A DNA stretch of 64,000 nucleotides from an uncultured virus (IMG/VR IMGVR_UViG_3300023174_000108) (taxonomy: Duplodnaviria > Heunggongvirae > Uroviricota > Caudoviricetes). The stretch's first letter is position 1. Each line of letters starts with the position of its first letter. Below the pieces are notes generated by a model. The model saw only the letters and a program-made list of their open reading frames with translations, ran no database searches and was not told the DNA's origin. Positions 45,926 to 55,400 of the stretch are shown here, piece by piece. A program made the translations under genes and the position numbers. The stretch lies in the IMG/VR virus record IMGVR_UViG_3300023174_000108; one strand, 5' to 3'.

Positions 45926-46898
45926 TCATTTCTTCTACAACTTCACCTGGCACCTGTAGGACAAACGCCGCATTGTCTTGGAAACCAAAGCTTAATAGCA
46001 GGTCATCACCAAGCTTTGCTGCACCCACGCAGAACTCAATACGTGCGTCTAAGAAGGTCCACTTCTCAGGAGAGATTCCTAATAGATTAAAGTCTTTATC
46101 CCAGACTAAAAGCCTGTGATGGTATAGGCCATCCTTCTGCTGAAGGTAGTTCTTAAACAGCTTAACTTCATGGCTTACTGAGATGTAGTAGTTGCCCCAA
46201 GGAATCATTTGCGAGCTGCCGCGCTGGTCATTAGGGGCTGGGAAAGTTTCTCGTACGAACATCTGTTCGGTACCCTCCGTATCGGGAGCTGAGTACACAA
46301 GCTCTGTAGGCATTGTCCATTTGATGAAGTGGTATGGCTTATCTATAACTGGGTACCAGTTCTTCTCACAGTATGAGGTGTTGTTGCCAGGGGCTGGGAT
46401 TCGCTTTCTATGAATTTCTTTAGCGGTCCAAGTCTCTTTATCAATATCAATCTCAGTGTATTCCATGCGCCCTTGGCCGTTTGTGGTGGTGTCACGGCGT
46501 ACGCCAATTAAATAGTACTTGCCTTCCCATTGAACTAAGCGAGCATCTTCTAGACCTACAAACTCCCATACAGGCTCATGCAGGGTAAGCATTTCTACCT
46601 TAGTGTGGTTGATGACCTTAAGGTCTTTATCTAAACGCATTAGATAGTTCTCAGTTACAAGGCGCATATCTTTCTCTGGGTGTAGGTAAGACAAAGGTCC
46701 CCAGTGCGACGGGAACTGCTGAGCGCCCTCAGAGTGATATAGCGTGTAGTTGACGTGTCGTAGGTTTACAAGGATGTCCCCGTCATCATCTATAAAGATA
46801 GAGGGGTTCATAAGACCTGTGCCGTTAGTTAACCCTTTAGATATAACAAGTGGGGCGAGTCTTCCGCCTTTAGCTACGGAACGTTGTACAAGATTCAT
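45894..46898 (-). CDS. five-bladed beta-propeller glycosidase/phosphorylase-like protein (GH130-like)
   Basis: NPSI, GLEDARL, EKNW.P, RGSS, IEFCVG, SFG.QD motifs. Confidence 0.65.
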   Translation of the reverse strand: MNLVQRSVAKGGRLAPLVISKGLTNGTGLMNPSIFIDDDGDILVNLRHVNYTLYHSEGAQQFPSHWGPLSYLHPEKDMRLVTENYLMRLDKDLKVINHTKVEMLTLHEPVWEFVGLEDARLVQWEGKYYLIGVRRDTTTNGQGRMEYTEIDIDKETWTAKEIHRKRIPAPGNNTSYCEKNWYPVIDKPYHFIKWTMPTELVYSAPDTEGTEQMFVRETFPAPNDQRGSSQMIPWGNYYISVSHEVKLFKNYLQQKDGLYHHRLLVWDKDFNLLGISPEKWTFLDARIEFCVGAAKLGDDLLLSFGFQDNAAFVLQVPGEVVEEMIEEALSDEVH

Positions 46899-46904
46899 TG
46901 TGGC

Positions 46905-46939
46905 AAAAGTATACCCCCGCCAGCGAACTGACGGGGGTA
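46905..46939 (-). terminator. terminator hairpin overlapping a TATACT -10 box
   Basis: TACCCCCG..CAG-TTCG-CTG..CGGGGGTA then TACTTTT. Confidence 0.6.
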
Positions 46940-46958
46940 GACTCGACGAGCGTTTAGA

Positions 46959-49900
46959 TTATGCTTGAGCTTCTGTCCATGATAGACGAGCCTGCACTGT
47001 CTGAGCAGTTGTACCAACGTTAGATACAACAAGTGTCAAGACGTCTGGACCGTCTGGATAAGCCGCGGTGTTACCGAAGCCCTGTCCACCACCGAGGATA
47101 GAGTTACCAAGGTCACGAACCTGTGAAAGGTCTACCTGTCCAGTTGAGTTAGTGAAGAAACCACCTGTGGCTTCACCACCCTGGATTACGTAGTTACCAC
47201 CAGCGTAGTCAACAATCTGAGCAAGTGATGAGTTTGGTACCAACGTTGCGTTGTTTACCGCGCTTCGCCATGGGGCGTTCACTAGAGCTGTAGGGTTGAA
47301 TACACGACCATTGAGGTAAGCAAGTACAAGTACGTTACCAGTGGTTGTACCTGTAAGTGTAAGGTCAAGGGCCTTTAGAATCAGCTGCATACGGTTAAGA
47401 ACTTCTTTAGTACCGAAGTTACCGATAGTACCTGAGTCAACAGATGGAGCGATACGGATTGACATAAGGGCCTTAGTTGAAGCGCCGTAGAATGTCAAGG
47501 TTGCTGAAGTGATAGTAACAGCGTTGTTCAGTACAATCTGTGTTCCAGAGATTACCTGTGTAACGAAAGTGTTACGAGGAACCGCTGTACCAGCAAAGTC
47601 TGAGACATACATACCAGGAACGATGTTAGTGTTTGCAGCACCTAGCGTTACTGTTGCAGAAGCTGAAGCTGTACCGACTGCTGTAAATGCTGCAGCAGGA
47701 GCAAGCTGTGTACCAACTGTCTGACCGTATGTGAAGAGAAGTGACTTATCTTCATCAAAACGGCCGTCCATCATTACTGATGAGCCCCAGTGAGAGATTG
47801 TTGGAGAGTCTGTTGGCATACCAAAGATAACTTCAACAGGAACTGTTGTGCTATATGTGTAAGCCTGACCAGATGTTGCTCCAGAAGCAATTGCAGTAAT
47901 TGTTGGGTTAGCTGTCATTGGTGCATTAGAGAACACAACTGTTGTTCCTTGGATGTACACAATGAAAGTACCTTCTGGAAGTGTTGGGCTAAATACGCGC
48001 TGACCAACCTGTAGACCAGATGCGGAGCTTACAACTGCTGTATTAGAGTTGACAGCCCATGTAGTAGTAACACCAGTAGCGCCAGCTTGAGCACGTGTAA
48101 CACCTGTAAGAGTGTTAGGTGTCTTACCTGTGTAGTTGATGAGTTCCTGCTTTGTACCGTCCTTGATGAACGCAACACCTGGCTGTGAGAAGAAGGTGAT
48201 AGAACCTGAGACCGCACCAGCGTTGTTAGCTGAAAGGGTTACGGTTGTACCAGATACTGAAACAATTTGTGTACCAGCGGTGATGTTTGCTGCGCTAGCC
48301 CATAGACCGTTTACAAGACCTGCAGGGTTACCTACAACAATTGTATTAGCTCCTGAGTTACCAGTTGCTGTTGTAACAACTGCGCGAGGTGTAGAGAATG
48401 CAGATGTGTCTTCTACGTTAATTGTAGTATCTGCGGCTCCAACACCACCGTTAGTTCCTGTACCTCCTGGAATAATCTTTGTTGTTGGTGCGTATGAAGA
48501 TGATTCGTAACGAGCTGGCAAGTTACCTGAACGCATGTAAGCCATAGCATTCTGGTTGTTGTTTGCCATCTTGTGTGCGTAGATGATTTCACCCTTAGGA
48601 CCACGGAAGCCCCAGCGAATAAAGCCAGCGCCGTACCATGTGTAGTCGATGTAGAACATCTGCATTCTTGATAGGTCAAGTGTGTAGCCTGAAGTACCAG
48701 TTCCGTCAACACGGTCAATGTTCCATAGTGAACGAGGGATACGAGTATCAATCGTCTTTGAAACAGTTACGTTAGTTGCATCTGCACCACGATATCCCTG
48801 TGTAAGGGTAAGTGATGTATCAGAAGCAATTGTATCAACGCGGTAAGACTGACCACGAATAACAATCCAGTCTCCTGGGTTCAACTGCTTGTTGAATACA
48901 GTCTGGAAGTTTGTTGCGGCAGTAACTGTGGTTGAACCGTTAGTTACGTTTACACGACCTGCAATCTGGAAGATTGAAGAGCGGCGAACTGCCCATAGGT
49001 TCTGACCATCATGCTCAAAGAACATACCATTCTGCTGGTCAAAGATACCGATACGGTTCTGTGCACCATCCCATGAAAGGATTGATAGGTAGTAAGTACC
49101 TGAAGCTGTTGCAATTGTTGGAGCAACAGTTGGAATGTATGTAAATGTATTCTGGTCAACAACTGTTACAGCAGCAAAATCACCGTTGTATCCAAGCTCG
49201 TTAGCTCCATAAATACGGATAGCGAATCCTGGCTGTAGACCATGGCGTTCCTTTGTAACAACAGTTACGTTTGGAGCGCTGTATGACATACGGTCAATTG
49301 TGTATGTTGGCTGCAGAATGGTTCCTGTAGACAACTGGATTGCCTTACCTGACTGGTAGCGGAAGTAACGACGAGTCTGGCGAACAAGTGAGACGTTGTT
49401 TGAGGCAGCGTTTGCTGAGAACTGAACACCTCCGTCAAATGCACGGTGTAGAGACTGTGCCTGTGAACGAGCATAGATACCAACTGCAACAGTACATGAT
49501 GTTGAAGACATTGTTGCAATTAGGTTCTGAGATAGAGAAACCGTAGTTCCAGATACACCAGTAATGATTGTTCCAATTGGGATGAAACCAGCTGAGATAA
49601 GGGTTGCTCCTACTACCGCACCTGTTGCGTTAGCAAGAGTAACCATGTTAGTACCAATAGTTCCTGAACCAGTTGTTGAAGTCTGAGGTCCAAGCAAAGT
49701 ACCTGAAATTGTTCCACCACGTGAGTCAAAGATATTGAACACAGTAGGTGACTGAACACGAGAAACAATGAAGTTACCGTTTGGAGGGGTACCACCTGAT
49801 GTAGAACCTACGATTGCAACTTCGTTACCAACAGACAAACCATGGTTCTGTCCAGTTGTAACTGTTACATCCTGGCCTGAATAGGCAAGAGTTGTTGCTG

Positions 49901-51110
49901 TGTTGTTACCGATAATAGAATCGCGGTAGTAGTCACCAGTAAGAACAAGAGTCTTAGCAGCGTCAAAGATTGACTGTGAAGCCCATGCTGTTGGTGTTGG
50001 TGCCTTTGAAGTAAATGTGAATGAAGTTTCACCAGGGCGTGTCTCAATTACATAGTTACCAGCAACGCCTGGGAAGAAGGCGTCCTGAACAGCAATTGGA
50101 GTACCAACTGGAGGAGCAACGTTAGTTGTAACTGTACCAGCAACAGTTGACTGTGCAGTCGAACCATTGTTTGACATCAAACGGAATGATGTCGGTGAAG
50201 GCACTTCAAGAACCTGTAGAGGAATACCTGAAGTAGTGTTGTAAGCCGCTGGTGTTATACCAGTGACTGTTACATACTGTCCAACAGTCAAACCGTGAGC
50301 TGTTGCTGTGTTGTAAAGAGCGGTTGTACCGTTACCCTGAACACCAGAAGCAGTTGTAGCGACGGTTGTATTTGTAAGAGTTGCTGTAATTGTACGAGTA
50401 CCCGCAGCACCAGTAGTCAAACCAGCAATTGTTAGAGCGTTGAATAGCAGCTGTGTAGCAAATGGACGGTTGTTAATAAGTAGCTGTGTTTCCCACTTAG
50501 TATCCTGCTTTGAGTATTCAAAGTCAGTATCCATCATTGACTGAGGAGTAGAAACACGCATCTTGTTGACTGGGTCTGAGTATGTCTCGTCAGGCTTAAT
50601 GCGCTCTGCAAACTCATCAACTGTTACTTGAAGTAGGTCAGTTGACAACATACCAGCAGTTGCTGTGTTGAAGTTAAGTGTGATAACTGTGGATTCGTCA
50701 GCAAATACCTGACCACCAAAGATATAAGTACCCGCTACAGTAGATGCAAGTGTAAATGTTGTAGGTGTAGCAGTGGTTACAACAGCACCAGTAATGTTAA
50801 ATGATGCTGGGGTAACTCCTGAAATTGAAACTAGCATGCCTGGAACAAGGTTGTGAGCAGCTGTTGTTGTAACAGTTACTACTGAGCCTGTTCCAGAAAT
50901 TGTTGAGATTGCTGCTGATAGCTGACGGTCACCATATGTTGCGTAACCAGTTGTTGTCAGTGAAGCATCTGAGAAGTTGTAGATAACGCGGTTCTGCGTT
51001 ACGTTAGTGATAAGTACAAGGCGTTCCTTTGGAACGATACGTCGTAGAACAATCTGTCGGGTTGATGGGTTAAATGCATAACCACCCTCTAATAGAATCT
51101 TTCTTGCCAT
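46959..51110 (-). CDS. large virion structural / fibre protein with repeated beta modules
   Basis: LITNVT...IYNFSD N-terminus; RVSTPQS..DTDFEY, RQTRRYFRYQSGK, WYGAGFIRWG, YMRSGNLPARYE blocks recalled from aquatic myovirus virion proteins; T/G/V rich. Confidence 0.7.
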   Translation of the reverse strand: MARKILLEGGYAFNPSTRQIVLRRIVPKERLVLITNVTQNRVIYNFSDASLTTTGYATYGDRQLSAAISTISGTGSVVTVTTTAAHNLVPGMLVSISGVTPASFNITGAVVTTATPTTFTLASTVAGTYIFGGQVFADESTVITLNFNTATAGMLSTDLLQVTVDEFAERIKPDETYSDPVNKMRVSTPQSMMDTDFEYSKQDTKWETQLLINNRPFATQLLFNALTIAGLTTGAAGTRTITATLTNTTVATTASGVQGNGTTALYNTATAHGLTVGQYVTVTGITPAAYNTTSGIPLQVLEVPSPTSFRLMSNNGSTAQSTVAGTVTTNVAPPVGTPIAVQDAFFPGVAGNYVIETRPGETSFTFTSKAPTPTAWASQSIFDAAKTLVLTGDYYRDSIIGNNTATTLAYSGQDVTVTTGQNHGLSVGNEVAIVGSTSGGTPPNGNFIVSRVQSPTVFNIFDSRGGTISGTLLGPQTSTTGSGTIGTNMVTLANATGAVVGATLISAGFIPIGTIITGVSGTTVSLSQNLIATMSSTSCTVAVGIYARSQAQSLHRAFDGGVQFSANAASNNVSLVRQTRRYFRYQSGKAIQLSTGTILQPTYTIDRMSYSAPNVTVVTKERHGLQPGFAIRIYGANELGYNGDFAAVTVVDQNTFTYIPTVAPTIATASGTYYLSILSWDGAQNRIGIFDQQNGMFFEHDGQNLWAVRRSSIFQIAGRVNVTNGSTTVTAATNFQTVFNKQLNPGDWIVIRGQSYRVDTIASDTSLTLTQGYRGADATNVTVSKTIDTRIPRSLWNIDRVDGTGTSGYTLDLSRMQMFYIDYTWYGAGFIRWGFRGPKGEIIYAHKMANNNQNAMAYMRSGNLPARYESSSYAPTTKIIPGGTGTNGGVGAADTTINVEDTSAFSTPRAVVTTATGNSGANTIVVGNPAGLVNGLWASAANITAGTQIVSVSGTTVTLSANNAGAVSGSITFFSQPGVAFIKDGTKQELINYTGKTPNTLTGVTRAQAGATGVTTTWAVNSNTAVVSSASGLQVGQRVFSPTLPEGTFIVYIQGTTVVFSNAPMTANPTITAIASGATSGQAYTYSTTVPVEVIFGMPTDSPTISHWGSSVMMDGRFDEDKSLLFTYGQTVGTQLAPAAAFTAVGTASASATVTLGAANTNIVPGMYVSDFAGTAVPRNTFVTQVISGTQIVLNNAVTITSATLTFYGASTKALMSIRIAPSVDSGTIGNFGTKEVLNRMQLILKALDLTLTGTTTGNVLVLAYLNGRVFNPTALVNAPWRSAVNNATLVPNSSLAQIVDYAGGNYVIQGGEATGGFFTNSTGQVDLSQVRDLGNSILGGGQGFGNTAAYPDGPDVLTLVVSNVGTTAQTVQARLSWTEAQA

Positions 51111-51113
51111 GGA

Positions 51114-51629
51114 TTAAAACGCTCCTATTAATAAGTCCGCTGCTGCAAACGGATAAGTTGTTGTTAGTGCTGTTGTGTCTGGTCCACCCATGACACGACC
51201 ATCAAAAGTAGTTCCCGCGGCTACAGGTTGTGAAAACACAATGAAGCCATCGTTGTCTACTCGTAACCAATTGTACCTAGTCACATCATTTTCTGGAATT
51301 GAAAAGGACGGATAGGTATTGCTTACTCTTTGAACTATACCATTCAGAGAGACCAAGAGTCTTTGTGAATTGGTAATGCTCACCGCCCGACCTTGGTAAG
51401 TCGGAAGGAATCTAGATGTTGCGCCATCAAATCGTGGCGACAGGTCGTCTAAAATGACGATATCGGCATTGAAGCCTGAAGGTCCTTGAAGACCTTGAAG
51501 TCCTTGGATACCCTGTGGACCAGTTGTGGTAGTTGTTGCCTGCCACGCATATCCTGTCCAAGTCCAAGTACGTGAGCCGTATGTATAAACTTGCCCGTTA
51601 GAGGGCGAGCCAGGAAAATCAATTGGCAT
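51114..51629 (-). CDS. minor fibre-associated protein with short collagen segment
   Basis: MPIDFPGSPSNGQVY...WTW.G.AW, GxQ repeats, LDDLS..FDG...F domain. Confidence 0.65.
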   Translation of the reverse strand: MPIDFPGSPSNGQVYTYGSRTWTWTGYAWQATTTTTGPQGIQGLQGLQGPSGFNADIVILDDLSPRFDGATSRFLPTYQGRAVSITNSQRLLVSLNGIVQRVSNTYPSFSIPENDVTRYNWLRVDNDGFIVFSQPVAAGTTFDGRVMGGPDTTALTTTYPFAAADLLIGAF

Positions 51630-51706
51630 AGTTATTCTCTCTCTGAGATGTCTTGGTTAAAGTATACGAGGCTTTTGGCCCCTTGTGTGGTATATAGTCA
51701 ACGCCG

Positions 51707-52420
51707 TTATAAGGTGTTCTTTATGATGTTGTAATTTGAGAGGACCTCGGAGTCCCCAAGTACTCGGTTATAGATGTGTACATGCCGCATCTGAGCTGCG
51801 ATTGAATATGCGGGGAATAGACCAATCGGAGCGTTGCCTGCCACCTTTGGGTTGGCTAACCCAGTTCTATCTCCAAGCTTATTTCCATTTACATATACGC
51901 TGGTTGTACCGCCATTTTTACTTACCCCAACGTAATACCAGGTGTTTACAGCAAACTCTGTGCCTGGAGATGGGTATGGACCAGTTGCGGTAGAAGTAAA
52001 GTCTGAGTCTGTATTACCTAAGTCGTATCTCCAGTGGATAGTGTTGTTAGTCGGGTACCTCCAAATTCCAGGACTGCGGTCAGTACCAGGAGGCTCGTAG
52101 CCAAAAATCTTATCCCACGTACCGCTAAAACCTGATAAGCGTACTGAGAAAAAAATACTGTGAATATCAGTGTTGAGAATTGAAGTTGATGCGGTTACGT
52201 ACGGAGTATTATTCTGTAAAGCATTTCCAGATAAAGGAGCGGTTCCCGTAGCATTAAGTCCAGACGGGCTTAGGTCAAACCAAGTGTTACCGCTTCCAGG
52301 ATAAGAAGAAAGATTTGTTGCATCTAAGTGAAGAACTAGACCAGCTGTAGCAATAGACGGGACAGCACCGACACGAGTTCCTCTAGAACTAGGTGCGCCT
52401 AGCGCATTCATTAAAGGCAT
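51707..52420 (-). CDS. LamG / concanavalin A-like lectin domain protein
   Basis: GLVLHLDA...SYPGSG.TW.DLS, NTWYYV, YVNG, IYNRVL...EV..NY. Confidence 0.85.
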   Translation of the reverse strand: MPLMNALGAPSSRGTRVGAVPSIATAGLVLHLDATNLSSYPGSGNTWFDLSPSGLNATGTAPLSGNALQNNTPYVTASTSILNTDIHSIFFSVRLSGFSGTWDKIFGYEPPGTDRSPGIWRYPTNNTIHWRYDLGNTDSDFTSTATGPYPSPGTEFAVNTWYYVGVSKNGGTTSVYVNGNKLGDRTGLANPKVAGNAPIGLFPAYSIAAQMRHVHIYNRVLGDSEVLSNYNIIKNTL

Positions 52421-55400
52421 TATGAATACCTAGTTCTACTAGCAAGAACTGTCCAAGTTGATGTAGCTGTTTTAATAATTGAGTATGTGTAAGCGTCTAT
52501 TGAGTTTGCATTTCCACTTGTAGGGGCTCCGTTAAACCATCTTGGGGTGACAGATATACCATCAATTTGGAATCCAGTTTGGAAGAACCCTGTAGCCCCT
52601 TGTGTGGTTAGCATAGTAACGGTAATAGATTGACCTACCGCCATATAGTCATTTAAAGTCTGAGCGCCGTCAGCAGCTATATTAAAAGTGAAATTTCCAG
52701 TTGTAGTTGCTGCAAATAAAGTAACAGAAGTGAAGGCTTTAACGTAATAGTTAAGGACACCATTAAGCGCAGATTGGTTAATAGATGCATTTTCAATTAG
52801 CTGAGCAACTGTAGTTGTTCCAGTAAAGGTTGTGTTAGAAAAAGTTACGCCACCAGTAGTTGGGAAAGTTCCTTGAATACCTTGAATACCCTGTGGGCCC
52901 GCAGAGCCTTGAACACCGATACCGCCAAATGAACCTTGAATACCATCTGTACCTTGGATACCTACAGGGCCTATAGGGCCTTGAACTCCTTGAGTTCCCT
53001 GCGCTTGATTAAATCCACCACCTTGAAGACCCTGCAAACCTTGAGTTCCAACAGGTCCAAGTGCTCCAGTGTCACCGATTAATCCTTGAATTCCTTGGAA
53101 ACCTATAGACCCTTGAATACCAGTAAGTCCTTGAGTACCAACAGCACTTGGACCTTGAAGGCCTTGAATACCTTGAACACCTGCATAACCCGATGCTGAA
53201 AGCTCAACCCATGCATAGTTGTTTCCATCATAAGTCCATGTATATCCAATACCAGTTTCAGCATCGGTCCAACGGTCACCAAGCAAAGGAGATGTTGGAG
53301 GAACAACGTCAAATGTTATAGCTGCATTTGGTCCTTGAATACCTTGCGTTCCTTGCGCACCACTACCAGTTGCGCCTTGAACTGCTTCACCCTGTAAACC
53401 TTGAGTTCCTTGTGCGCCAACACCAGTTGTTCCTTGCAAACCTTGTGTGCCAAAGAAACCTTGAACACCTGTTTCTCCTTGTAAGCCAGTAGCGCCTTGT
53501 GTGCCAATTCCAGGTGCACCACTTATACCTTGCGTACCCTGAGCGCCAACAGTTCCAGCAAAACCAGAAGCAGAAACCTCTACCCATACAAAGTTGTTTC
53601 CATCGTAGATGTATGTGTATTCAATACCTGATTCGCTATCAACCCAACGGTCTCCAAGCAATGGTGATACTGGAGGAGTAGAACTAAATGCAAGCGCTGA
53701 GTTAGGTCCTTGAATACCTTGAGCACCGAGACCGCCTTGAAGTCCAAAGTCACCTTGGATTCCTTGAACACCTTGTACTCCTTGAGTTCCAGCACCAGTT
53801 AAACCTTGTAGACCCTGTGTTCCTACAAATCCTTGTATACCTAGTGTGCCTTGCGCACCGTCGGCTCCAGAAGCTCCTTGGGTTGCAGTGCCTGTTGCGC
53901 CTTGTGCGCCAGTAACACCTTGCACACCACTAAAGCCAGAAGCAGAAACTTCTACCCATGTAAAGTTGTTACCATCATAAATATATGTGTATTCAATACC
54001 TGAATTAGAATCTACCCATCGGTCACCAATACCAGCAGAGACTGGAGGCACAGTGTCAAAAACAATTCCAGCATTAGTTCCCTGAAAACCTTGCCAACCC
54101 TGAATACCTTGCGCACCATCGACACCTTGTAAACCAAGTAAGCCCTGTACACCTTGTAAACCTTGTGCACCAGTAAGGCCTTGCAAACCTTGAGTTCCAA
54201 CAAAGCCCTGTAGTCCTGTTGAACCTTGCTCTAGAAATAAAAGCCAAAACGCACTAATATCTGGTCTATTACCAATAACACCATTTGCAAAACAAACATA
54301 GGTAGACCCATTGTAATTTACTACATCGTTATAATCGTAAGATGTAGTTCCGTTGTAAACTCCTCGGTAATTAAATCCTTGTCCAGGTTCTCCAGTTGGC
54401 CCTGTCTCACCAATTAAACCTTGAATTCCATAACCTGCATAACCAGATGCAGAAAGTTCAATCCACGCAAAATTATTACCGTCGTATGTCCAGGTATATT
54501 CACTACCACTATTTGAATCTACCCATCTATCACCAAGTACAGGCGATACTGGAGGGTTAACATCAAATGTGATTCCAACAGTTGGGCCTTGCAATCCTTG
54601 ATTACCTTGTAGGCCTTGTGCACCAGATGTACCTTGAGTTCCAAGTAAACCTTGTAGACCTTGAATACCAACGCCATCAGTTCCTTGTAGGCCTTGTGTT
54701 CCAATAAAGCCTTGTAGACCTTGAGCTCCCGCAAAACCCTGCGCTGCAGCAGAGCCAGCAAGGCCTTGTGCACCAGGAGCACCAGCGGCTCCTTGAATAC
54801 CAATACCAGCAAAACCTGAAGCTGATAGTTCAATCCATGCAAAATTGTTTCCGTCATATGCCCAGGTATATTCAGAACCTGTTTCTGAGTCAACCCAACG
54901 GTCTCCAAGTACAGGTGCTACTGGAGGAGTTGCACTGAAAATAATTCCAACTGTTGGTCCTTGTAAACCTTGTGTACCTTGTGCGCCAGTTCCTGTTGCA
55001 CCTTGGGTACCAAGCAAACCTTGAATACCTTGTGCTCCATCAAAACCTTGTAGACCAATTAAACCTTGTGTTCCAACAAAGCCTTGAATACCTTGTGAGC
55101 CTGCAAAGCCTTGCGCTGCAGCTTCGCCCGCAATACCTTGAATACCCTGAGTACCAGCGCCAGCAGGTCCCTGTACACCGCTAAATCCTGACGCACTAAC
55201 TTCAACCCATGTTGAGTTGTTGCCGTCGTTAATCCAAATATATTCACTACCACTATTGCTATCAACCCATCGGTCACCGATGTTTGGGTTTGTTGGGGGA
55301 ATGACATCAAAAGTAATTCCAGAGTTTGCACCTTGAATACCTTGAACAGAAGAGCCTTGAATACCTTGAGCACCTACGGCGCCTTGTACTCCTGCAAATC

